Shown piece after piece: positions 1-11,400 of a stretch of DNA of 64,000 nucleotides. Both the position numbers and the translations under genes were made by a program. The notes under the pieces were generated by a model, which saw only the letters and a program-made list of their open reading frames with translations, did not search any database and was not told the DNA's origin. The DNA comes from Leptogorgia sarmentosa (lineage: Eukaryota). Location: assembly GCA_964658305.1 (NCBI GenBank), contig OZ210885.1, forward strand, positions 14,756,001-14,820,000. Reading direction: 5' to 3'. Each line of letters begins with the position of its first letter. Position 1 is the stretch's first letter.

Positions 1-37
1 AATTGAAAGCAAACCTACTTACAAACACACATACAAC

Positions 38-41
38 AAAA
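38..41 (-). terminator. Probable Pol III terminator (T4), 6 nt past the 5S 3' end, in most units
   Basis: The minus strand reads ...GTAGACTT-GCTTCA-TTTT. A second T4 (GGGTTTTG; plus 211-214 in the first spacer) lies further into the spacer. Confidence 0.7.
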
Positions 42-47
42 TGAAGC

Positions 48-167
48 AAGTCTACAACACAAAGTATTCCCAGGTGGTCACCCATCCAAGTACTAACTTT
101 GCCCACCTAGGCTTAACTTCGGTGATCAGACGAGAAGCGGTATTTTCCTACTGGTATGGTCGTAGAC
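48..167 (-). rRNA. 5S rRNA: 5S rRNA gene, first complete copy (120 nt)
   Basis: The array consensus on the minus strand reads GTCTACGACCATACCAGTAGGAAAATACCGGTTCTCGTCTGATCACCGAAGTTAAGCCTAGGTGGGCAAAGTTAGTACTTGGATGGGTGACCACCTGGGAATACTTTGTGTTGTAGACTT; this copy has G31C. It contains the eukaryotic 5S motifs CCATACC, TCTCGTC.GATC, GTTAGTACTTGGATGGG and CCTGGGAATAC. The ends pair as helix I (1-9/110-118). Confidence 0.96.
71..118 (-). promoter_or_regulatory. Pol III type 1 internal control region (box A, intermediate element, box C), repeated in every unit
   Basis: Gene nt 50-64 AGTTAAGCCTAGGTG and nt 80-97 TGGATGGGTGACCACCTG lie at the canonical box A and box C positions for TFIIIA/TFIIIC-dependent 5S transcription. 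Confidence 0.85.
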
Positions 168-273
168 ATTTGTTGATGGAAGTTACACTTTTTAAACGTG
201 TAACAATAACAAAACCCTGAAGTTGAAATTGAAAGCAAACCTATTTACAAACACACATACAATAAAATGAAGC
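168..273. other. Short non-transcribed spacer (106 bp, AT-rich)
   Basis: Sequence between the 5' end of copy 1 (167) and the 3' end of copy 2 (274). Confidence 0.92.
189..196 (-). promoter_or_regulatory. TATA-like element TTTAAAAA at -29 to -22 of each 5S copy
   Basis: Its position matches the upstream AT-rich elements known from many eukaryotic 5S genes, and it is retained in nearly all units. Confidence 0.55.
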
Positions 274-393
274 AAGTCTACAACACAAAGTATTCCCAGG
301 TAGTCACCCATCCAAGTACTAACTTTGCCCACCTAGGCTTAACTTCGGTGATCAGACAAGAACCGGTATTTTCCTACTGGTATGGTCGTAGAC
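274..393 (-). rRNA. 5S rRNA: 5S rRNA gene, second copy (representative short unit)
   Basis: Same 120-nt sequence offset by 226 bp, with C92T and one further substitution. Confidence 0.95.
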
Positions 394-946
394 ATTTGTT
401 GATGGAAGTTACACTTTTTAAACGTGTAACAATAACAAAACCCTGAAGTTGAAATTGAAAGCAAACCTACTTACAAACACACATACAACAAAATGAAGCA
501 AGTCTACAACACAAAGTATTCCCAGGTGGTCACCCATCCAAGTACTAACTTTGCCCACCTAGGCTTAACTTCGGTGATCAGACGAGAAGCGGTATTTTCC
601 TACTGGTATGGTCGTAGACATTTGTTGATGGAAGTTACACTTTTTAAACGTGTAACAATAATAAAACCCTGAAGTTGAAATTGAAAGCAAACCTATTTAC
701 AAACACACATACAATAAAATGAAGCAAGTCTACCACACAAAGTATTCCCAGGTGGTCACCCATCCAAGTACTAACTTTTCCCACCTAGGCTTAACTTCAG
801 TGATCAGACGAGAACCGGTATTTTCCTACTGGTATGGTCGTAGACATTTGTTGATGGAAGTTACACTTTTTAAACGTGTAACAATAACAAAACCATGAAG
901 TTGAAATTGAAAGGAATTATATTTACAAACACACATACAATAAAGC

Positions 947-1065
947 AAGTCTACAACACAAAGTATTCCCAGGTAGTCACCCATCCAAGTACTAACTTTG
1001 CCCACCTAGGCTTAACTTCGGTGATCAGACGAGAACCGGTATTTTCCTACTGGTATCGTCTTGGC
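947..1065 (-). pseudogene. Probable defective 5S copy: altered 5' end and lost T4 terminator
   Basis: Plus strand has tcttggc instead of tcgtagac, so helix I is broken. A 5-bp deletion (taaaatgaagc to taaagc) removes the T4. Confidence 0.65.
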
Positions 1066-1359
1066 ATTTGTTGATGGAAGTAACACTTTTTAAACGTGTA
1101 ACAATAACAAAACCCTGAAGTTGAAATTGAAAGCAAACCTATTTGCAAACACACATACAATAAAATGAAGCAAGTCTACAACACAAAGCATTCCCAGGTG
1201 GTCACCCATCCAAGTACTAACTTTGCCCACCTAGGCTTAACTTCGGTGATCACACGAGAACCGGTATATTCCTACACGTACGGTCGTAGACATTTGTTGA
1301 TGGAAGTTACACTTTTTAAACGTGTAACAATAACAAAACCCTGAAGTTGAAATTGAAAG

Positions 1360-1462
1360 GAATTATATTTACAAATAGGCATTAAATAACATTTAGCAAA
1401 ACAACAATACAAAGTATTTCCAGATGTAGCAATAACAAAATCCCTGAAGTTTACATTGAAAG
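1360..1462 (-). pseudogene. 103-bp degenerate, internally deleted repeat unit carrying a 5S 3'-end relic; defines the 329-bp unit (about 71 copies)
   Basis: 1402-1426 caacaatacaaagtatttccagatg matches the 5S 3' region ctacaacacaaagtattcccaggtg at 21/25 positions. Both flanks align colinearly with the normal spacer. Confidence 0.88.
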
Positions 1463-1726
1463 CAAACCTATTTACAAACACACATACAATAAAATGAAGC
1501 AAGTCTACAACACAAAGTATTCCCAGGTGGTCACCCATCCAAGTACTAACTTTGCCCACCTAGGCTTAACTTCGGTGATCAAACGAGAACCGGTATTTTC
1601 CTACTGGTATGGTCGTAGACATTTGGTGATGGAAGTTACACTTTTTAAACGTGTAACAATAACAAAACCCTGAAGTTGAAATTCAAAGGAAACCTATTTA
1701 AAAACACACATACAATAAAATGAAGC

Positions 1727-1847
1727 AAATCTACAACACAAAGTATTCCCAGGTGGTCACCCATCCAAGTACTAACTTTTCCCACCTAGGGCTTAACTTC
1801 GGTGATCAGACGAGAACCAGTATTTTCCTAGTGGTATGGTCGTAGAC
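1727..1847 (-). pseudogene. Probable defective 5S copy with a 1-nt insertion in box A plus C29T, C67A and C118T; twin 2133 bp further on
   Basis: Plus strand ctagggcttaac versus consensus ctaggcttaac, near 1790 and 3923. Confidence 0.6.
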
Positions 1848-4800
1848 ATTTGTTGATGGAAGTTACACTTTTTAAACGTGTAACAATAACAAAACCCTGA
1901 AGTTGAAATTGAAAGGAATTATATTTACAAACACACATACAATAAAATGAAGCAAGTCTACAACACAAAGTATTGCCAGGTAGTCACCCATCCAAGTACT
2001 AACTTTGCCCACCTAGGCTTAACTTCGGTGATCAGACGAGAACCGGTATTTTCCAACTGGTATCATCGTAGACATTTGTTGATGGAAGTAACACTTTTTA
2101 AACGTGTAACAATAACAAAACCCTGAAGTTGAAATTGAAAGCAAACCTACTTACAAACACACATACAACAAAATGAAGCAAGTCTACAACACAAAGTATT
2201 CCCAGGTGGTCACCCATCCAAGTACTAACTTTGCCCACCTAGGCTTAACTTCGGTGATCAGACGAGAAGCGGTATTTTCCTACTGGTATGGTCGTAGACA
2301 TTTGTTGATGGAAGTTACACTTTTTAAACGTGTAACAATAACAAAACCCTGAAGTTGAAATTGAAAGCAAACCTATTTACAAACACACATACAATAAAAT
2401 GAAGCAAGTCTACAACACAAAGTATTCCCAGGTAGTCACCCATCCAAGTACTAACTTTGCCCACCTAGGCTTAACTTCGGTGATCAGACGAGAACCGGTA
2501 TTTTCCTACTGGTATGGTCGTAGACATTTGTTGATGGAAGTTACACTTTTTAAACGTGTAACAATAACAAAACCCTGAAGTTGAAATTGAAAGCAAACCT
2601 ACTTACAAACACACATACAACAAAATGAAGCAAGTCTACAACACAAAGTATTCCCAGGTGGTCACCCATCCAAGTACTAACTTTTCCCACCTAGGCTTAA
2701 CTTCGGTGATCAGACGAGAAGCGGTATTTTCCTACTGGTATGGTCGTAGACATTTGTTGATGGAAGTTACACTTTTTAAACGTGTAACAATAACAAAACC
2801 CTGAAGTTGAAATTGAAAGCAAACCTATTTACAAACACACATACAATAAAATGAAGCAAGTCTACAACACAAAGTATTCCCAGGTAGTCACCCATCCAAG
2901 TACTAACTTTGCCCACCTAGGCTTAACTTCGGTGATCAGACGAGAACCGGTATATTCCTACACGTACGGTCGTAGACATTTGTTGATGGAAGTTACACTT
3001 TTTAAACGTGTAACAATAACAAAACCATGAAGTTGAAATTGAAAGGAATTATATTTACAAACACACATACAATAAAGCAAGTCTACAACACAAAGTATTC
3101 CCAGGTAGTCACCCATCCAAGTACTAACTTTGCCCACCTAGGCTTAACTTCGGTGATCAGACGAGAACCGGTATTTTCCTACTGGTATCGTCGTAGACAT
3201 TTGTTGATGGAAGTAACACTTTTTAAACGTGTAACAATAACAAAACCCTGAAGTTGAAATTGAAAGCAAACCTATTTGCAAACACACATACAATAAAATG
3301 AAGCAAGTCTACAACACAAAGCATTCCCAGGTGGTCACCCATCCAAGTACTAACTTTGCCCACCTAGGCTTAACTTCGGTGATCACACGAGAACCGGTAT
3401 ATTCCTACACGTACGGTCGTAGACATTTGTTGATGGAAGTTACACTTTTTAAACGTGTAACAATAACAAAACCCTGAAGTTGAAATTGAAAGGAATTATA
3501 TTTACAAATAGGCATTAAATAACATTTAGCAAAACAACAATACAAAGTATTTCCAGATGTAGCAATAACAAAATCCCTGAAGTTTACATTGAAAGCAAAC
3601 CTATTTACAAACACACATACAATAAAATGAAGCAAGTCTACAACACAAAGTATTCCCAGGTGGTCACCCATCCAAGTACTAACTTTGCCCACCTAGGCTT
3701 AACTTCGGTGATCAAACGAGAACCGGTATTTTCCTACTGGTATGGTCGTAGACATTTGGTGATGGAAGTTACACTTTTTAAACGTGTAACAATAACAAAA
3801 CCCTGAAGTTGAAATTCAAAGGAAACCTATTTAAAAACACACATACAATAAAATGAAGCAAATCTACAACACAAAGTATTCCCAGGTGGTCACCCATCCA
3901 AGTACTAACTTTTCCCACCTAGGGCTTAACTTCGGTGATCAGACGAGAACCAGTATTTTCCTAGTGGTATGGTCGTAGACATTTGTTGATGGAAGTTACA
4001 CTTTTTAAACGTGTAACAATAACAAAACCCTGAAGTTGAAATTGAAAGGAATTATATTTACAAACACACATACAATAAAATGAAGCAAGTCTACAACACA
4101 AAGTATTGCCAGGTAGTCACCCATCCAAGTACTAACTTTGCCCACCTAGGCTTAACTTCGGTGATCAGACGAGAACCGGTATTTTCCAACTGGTATCATC
4201 GTAGACATTTGTTGATGGAAGTAACACTTTTTAAACGTGTAACAATAACAAAACCCTGAAGTTGAAATTGAAAGCAAACCTACTTACAAACACACATACA
4301 ACAAAATGAAGCAAGTCTACAACACAAAGTATTCCCAGGTGGTCACCCATCCAAGTACTAACTTTGCCCACCTAGGCTTAACTTCGGTGATCAGACGAGA
4401 AGCGGTATTTTCCTACTGGTATGGTCGTAGACATTTGTTGATGGAAGTTACACTTTTTAAACGTGTAACAATAACAAAACCCTGAAGTTGAAATTGAAAG
4501 CAAACCTATTTACAAACACACATACAATAAAATGAAGCAAGTCTACAACACAAAGTATTCCCAGGTAGTCACCCATCCAAGTACTAACTTTGCCCACCTA
4601 GGCTTAACTTCGGTGATCAGACGAGAACCGGTATTTTCCTACTGGTATGGTCGTAGACATTTGTTGATGGAAGTTACACTTTTTAAACGTGTAACAATAA
4701 CAAAACCCTGAAGTTGAAATTGAAAGCAAACCTACTTACAAACACACATACAACAAAATGAAGCAAGTCTACAACACAAAGTATTCCCAGGTGGTCACCC

Positions 4801-7559
4801 ATCCAAGTACTAACTTTTCCCACCTAGGCTTAACTTCGGTGATCAGACGAGAAGCGGTATTTTCCTACTGGTATGGTCGTAGACATTTGTTGATGGAAGT
4901 TACACTTTTTAAACGTGTAACAATAACAAAACCCTGAAGTTGAAATTGAAAGCAAACCTATTTACAAACACACATACAATAAAATGAAGCAAGTCTACAA
5001 CACAAAGTATTCCCAGGTAGTCACCCATCCAAGTACTAACTTTGCCCACCTAGGCTTAACTTCGGTGATCAGACGAGAACCGGTATATTCCTACACGTAC
5101 GGTCGTAGACATTTGTTGATGGAAGTTACACTTTTTAAACGTGTAACAATAACAAAACCCTGAAGTTGAAATTGAAAGGAATTATATTTACAAACACACA
5201 TACAATAAAATGAAGCAAGTCTACAACACAAAGTATTCCCAGGTGGTCACCCATCCAACTACTAACTTTGCCCACCTAGGCTTAACTTCGGTGATCAGAC
5301 GAGAACCGGTATTTTCATACTCGTACGGTCGTAGACATTTGTTGATGGAAGTTACACTTTTTAAACGTGTAACAATAACAAAACCCTGAAGTTGAAATTG
5401 AAAGGAATTATATTTACAAATAGGCATTAAATAACATTTAGTAAAACAACAATACAAAGTATATCCAGATGTAGCAATAACAAAATCCCTGAAGTTTACA
5501 TTGAAAGCAAACCTATTTACAAACACACATACAATAAAATGAAGCAAGTCTACAACACAAAGTATTCCCAGGTGGTCACCCATCCAAGTACTAACTTTGC
5601 CCACCTAGGCCCAACTTCGGTGATCAGACGAGAACCGGTATTTTCCTACTGGTATGGTCGTAGACATTTGTTGATGCAAGTTACACTTTTTAAATTTGTA
5701 ACAATAACAAAACCCTGAAGTTGAAATTGAAAGCAAACCTATTTACAAACACACATACAATAAAATGAAGCAAGTCTACAACACAAAGTATTCCCAGGTG
5801 GTCACCCATCCAAGTACTAACTTTGCCCACCTAGGCCCAACTTCGGTGATCAGACGAGAACCGGTATTTTCCTACTGGTATGGTCGTAGACATTTGTTGA
5901 TGCAAGTTACACTTTTTAAATTTGTAACAATAACAAAACCCTGAAGTTGAAATTGAAAGCAAACCTATTTACAAACACACATACAATAAAATGAAGCAAG
6001 TCTACAACACAAAGTATTCCCAGGTGGGCACCCATCCAACTACTAACTTTGCCCACCTAGGCTTAACTTCGGTGATCAGACGAGAACCGCTATTTTCCTA
6101 CTGGTATGGTCGTAGACATTTGTTGATGGAAGTTACACTTTTTAAACGTGTAACAATAACAAAACCCTGAAGTTGAAATTGAAAGCAAACCTATTTACAA
6201 ACACACATACAATAAAATGAAGCAAGTCTACAACACAAAGTATTCCCAGGTGGTCACCCATCCAACTACTAACTTTGCCCACCTAGGCTTAACTTCGGTG
6301 ATCAGACGAGAACCGGTATTTTCCTACTTGTACGGTCGTAGACATGTGTTGATGGAAGCTACACTTTTTAAACGTGTAACAATAACAAAACCCTGAAGTT
6401 GAAATTGAAAGGAATTATATTTACAAATAGGCATTAAATAACATTTAGCAAAACAACAATACAAAGTATTTCCAGATGTAGCAATAACAAAATCCCTGAA
6501 GTTTACATTGAAAGCAAACCTATTTACAAACACACATACAATAAAATGAAGCAAGTCTACAACACAAAGTATTCCCAGGTGGTCACCCATCCAAGTACTA
6601 ACGTTGCCCACCTAGGCTTAACTTCGGTGATCAGACGAGAACCGGTATTTTCCTACTGGTATGGTCGTAGATATTTGTTGATGGAAGTAACACTTTTTAA
6701 ACGTGTAACAATAACAAAACCCTGAAGTTGAAATTGAAAGCAAACCTATTTAAAAACACACATACAATAAAATGAAGCAAGTCTACAACACAAAGTATTC
6801 CCAGGTGGTCACCCATCCAAGTACTAACGTTGCCCACCTAGGCTTAACTTCGGTGATCAGACGAGAACCGGTATTTTCCTACTGGTATGGTCGTAGATAT
6901 TTGTTGATGGAAGTAACACTTTTTAAACGTGTAACAATAACAAAACCCTGAAGTTGAAATTGAAAGCAAACCTATTTACAAACACACATACAATAAAATG
7001 AAGCAAGTCTACAACACAAAGTATTCCCAGGTGGTCACCCATCCAACTACTAACTTTGCCCACCTAGGCTTAACTTCGGTGATCAGACGAGAACCGGTAT
7101 TTTCCCACTCGTACGGTCGCAGACATTTGTTGATGGAAGTTACACTTTTTAAACGTGTAACAATAACAAAACCCTGAAGTTGAAATTGAAAGGAATTATA
7201 TTTACAAATAGGCATTAAATAACATTTAGTAAAACAACAATACAAAGTATATCCAGATGTAGCAATAACAAAATCCCTGAAGTTTACATTGAAAGCAAAC
7301 CTATTTACAAACACACATACAATAAAATGAAGCAAGTCTACAACACAAAGTATTCCCAGGTGGTCACCCATCCAAGTACTAACGTTGCCCACCTAGGCTT
7401 AACTTCGGTGATCAGACGAGAACCGGTATTTTCCTACTGGTATGGTTGTAGACATTTGTTGATGAAAGTTACACTTTTTAAACGTGTAACAATAACAAAA
7501 CCCTGAAGTTGAAATTGAAAGCAAACCTATTTACAAACACACATACAATAAAATGAAGC

Positions 7560-7679
7560 AAGTCTACAACACAAAGTATTCCCAGGTAGTCACCCATCCA
7601 AGTACTAACTTTGCCCACCTAGGCTTAACTTCAGTGATCAGACGAGAACCGGTATTTTCCTAGTGGTATGGTCGTAGAC
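7560..7679 (-). rRNA. 5S rRNA: 5S rRNA gene, C17 allele with fully pairing-compatible helices (best functional candidate)
   Basis: CCACTAGG (14-21) pairs with CCTAG(G)TGG (57-65). Its other variants, U47 and U92, give G.U wobbles. Confidence 0.9.
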
Positions 7680-8499
7680 ATTTGTTGATGGAAGTTACAC
7701 TTTTTAAACGTGTAACAATAACAAAACCCTGAAGTTGAAATTGAAAGGAATTATATTTACAAATAGGCATTAAATAACATTTAGTAAAACAACAATACAA
7801 AGTATTTCCAGATGTAGCAATAACAAAATCCCTGAAGTTTACATTGAAAGCAAACCTATTTACAAACACACATACAATGAAATGAAGCAAGTCTACAACA
7901 CAAAGTATTCCCAGGTGGTCACCCATCCAAGTACTAACGTTGCCCACCTAGGCTTAACTTTGGTGATCAGACGAGAACCGGTATTTTCCTACTCGTACGG
8001 TCGTAGACATTTGTTGATGGAAGTTACACTTTTTAAACGTGTAACAATAACAAAACCCTGAAGTTGAAATTGAAAGCAAACCTATTTACAAACACACATA
8101 CAATAAAATGAAGCAAGTCTACAACACAAAGTATTCTCAGGTGGTCACCCATCCAACTACTAACTTTGCCCACCTAGGCTTAACTTCGGTGATCAGACGA
8201 GAACCGGTATTTTCCTACTCGTATGATCGTAAACATTTGTTGATGGAAGTAACACTGTTTAAACATGTAACAATAACAAAACCCTGAAGTTGAAATTGAA
8301 AGCAAACCTATTTACAAACACACATACAATAAAATGAAGCAAGTCTACAACACAAAGTATTCCCAGGTGGTCACCCATCCAACTACTAACTTTGCCCACC
8401 TAGGCTTAACTTCGGTGATCAGACGAGAACCGGTATTTTCCTACTCGTACGGTCGTAGACATTTGTTGATGGAAGTTACACTTTTTAAACGTGTAACAA

Positions 8500-11400
8500 T
8501 AACAAAACCCTGAAGTTGAAATTGAAAGCAAACCTATTTACAAACACACATACAATAAAATGAAGCAAGTCTACAACACAAAGTATTCTCAGGTGGTCAC
8601 CCATCCAACTACTAACTTTGCCCACCTAGGCTTAACTTCGGTGATCAGACGAGAACCGGTATTTTCCTACTCGTATGATCGTAAACATTTGTTGATGGAA
8701 GTTACACTTTTTAAACGTGTAACAATAACAAAACCCCGAAGTTGAAATTGAAAGCAAACCTATTTACAAACACACATACAATAAAATGAAGCAAGTCTAC
8801 AACACAAAGTATTCCCAGGTGGTCACCCATCCAACTACTAACTTTGCCCACCTAGGCTTAACTTCGGTGATCAGACGAGAACCGGTATTTTCCTACTCGT
8901 ACGGTCGTAGACATTTGTTGATGGAAGTTACACTTTTAAAATGTGTAACAATAACAAAACCCTGAAGTTGAAATTGAAAGGAATTATATTTACAAATAGG
9001 CATTAAATAACATTTAGTAAAACAACAATACAAAGTATTTCCAGATGTAGCAATAACAAAATCCCTGAAGTTTACATTGAAAGCAAACCTATTTACAAAC
9101 ACACATACAATAAAATGAAGCAAGTCTACAACACAAAGTATTCCCAGGTGGTCACCCAACCAAGTACTAACGTTGCCCACCTAGGCTTAACTTCGGTGAT
9201 CAGACGAGAACCGGTATTTTCCTACTGGTATGGTTGTAGACATTTGTTGATGGAAGTTACACTTTTTAAACGTGTAACAATAACAAAACCCTGAAGTTGA
9301 AATTGAAAGCAAACCTATTTACAAACACACATACAATAAAATGAAGCAAGTCTACAACACAAAGTATTCCCAGGTGGTCACCCATCCAACTACTAACTGT
9401 GCCCACCTAGGGTTAACTTCGGTGATCAGACGAGAACCGGTATTTTCCTACTTGTACGGTCATAGACATTTGTTGATGGAAGTTACACTTTTTAAACATG
9501 TAACAATAACAAAACCCTGAAGTTGAAATTGAAAGGAATGATATTTACAAATAGGCATTAAATAACATTTAGCAAAACAACAATACAAAGTATTTCCAGA
9601 TGTAGCAATAACAAAATCCCTGAAGTTTACATTGAAAGCAAACCTATTTACAAACACACATACAATAAAATGAAGCAAGTCTACAACACAAAGTATTCCC
9701 AGGCGGTCACCCATCCAAGTACTAACTTTGCCCACCTAGGCTTAACTTCAGTGATCAGACGAGAACCGGTACTTTCCTACTGGTATCGTCGTAGACATTT
9801 GTTGATGGAAGTAACACTGTTTAAACATGTAACAATAACAAAACCCTGAAGTTGAAATTGAAAGCAAACCTATTTACAAACACACATACAATAAAATGAA
9901 GCAAGTCTACAACACAAAGTATTCCCAGGTGGTCACCCATCCAACTACTAACTTTGCCCACCTAGGCTTAACTTCGGTGATCAAATGAGAACCGGTATTT
10001 TCCTACTGGTATGGTCGTAGACATTTGTTGATGGAAGTTACACTTTTTAAATTTGTAACAATAACAAAACCCTGAAGTTGAAATTGAAAGCAAACCTATT
10101 TACAAACACACATACAATAAAATGAAGCAAGTCTACAACACAAAGTATTCCCAGGTGGTCACCCATCCAACTACTAACTTTGCCCACCTAGGCTTAACTT
10201 CGGTGATCAGACGAGAACCGCTATTTTCCTACTGGTATGGTCGTAGACATTTGTTGATGGAAGTTACACTTTTTAAACGTGTAACAATAACAAAACCCTG
10301 AAGTTGAAATTGAAAGCAAACCTATTTACAAACACACATACAATAAAATGAAGCAAGTCTACAACACAAAGTATTCCCAGGTGGTCACCCATCCAACTAC
10401 TAACTTTGCCCACCTAGGCTTAACTTCGGTGATCAGACGAGAACCGGTATTTTCCTACTTGTACGGTCGTAGACATGTGTTGATGGAAGCTACACTTTTT
10501 AAACGTGTAACAATAACAAAACCCTGAAGTTGAAATTGAAAGGAATTATATTTACAAATAGGCATTAAATAACATTTAGCAAAACAACAATACAAAGTAT
10601 TTCCAGATGTAGCAATAACAAAATCCCTGAAGTTTACATTGAAAGCAAACCTATTTACAAACACACATACAATAAAATGAAGCAAGTCTACAACACAAAG
10701 TATTCCCAGGTGGTCACCCATCCAAGTACTAACGTTGCCCACCTAGGCTTAACTTCGGTGATCAGACGAGAACCGGTATTTTCCTACTGGTATGGTCGTA
10801 GATATTTGTTGATGGAAGTAACACTTTTTAAACGTGTAACAATAACAAAACCCTGAAGTTGAAATTGAAAGCAAACCTATTTAAAAACACACATACAATA
10901 AAATGAAGCAAATCTACAACACAAAGTATTCCCAGGTGGTCACCCATCCAAGTACTAACTTTTCCCACCTAGGCTTAACTTCGGTGATCAGACGAGAACC
11001 GGTATTTTCCTAGTGGTATGGTCGTAGACGTTTGTTGATGGAAGTTACACTTTTTAAACGTGTAACAATAACAAAACCCTGAAGTTGAAATTGAAAGCAA
11101 ACCTATTTACAAACACACATACAATAAAATGAAGCAAGTCTACAACACAAAGTATTCCCAGGTAGTCACCCATCCAAGTACTAACTTTGCCCACCTAGGC
11201 TTAACTTCGGTGATCAGACGAGAACTGGTATTTTCCTACTGGTATGGTCGTAGACATTTGTTGATGGAAGTTAGACTTTTTAAACGTGTAACAATAACAA
11301 AACCCTGAAGTTGAAATTGAAAGCAAACCTATTTACAAACACACATACAATAAAATGAAGCAAGTCTACAACACAAAGTATTCCCAGGTGGTCACCCATC

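Larger units (their letters stand above)
890..5150. repeat. Higher-order repeat, 2 x 2133 bp (9-mer); boundaries approximate
   Basis: ORF offset 1272 to 3405. 329 + 8x226 - 5 + 1 = 2133. Private indels recur in both copies. Confidence 0.85.

Noticed and set aside
1360..1462. Spliced-leader RNA, snRNA, tRNA or SINE in the long spacer, as in some invertebrate 5S units
   Set aside because: No leader, snRNA or tRNA motifs were recognised. The Sm-like ATTTTG on the minus strand arises from a 1-nt insertion in duplicated spacer, and the insert is fully explained as a deleted repeat unit.
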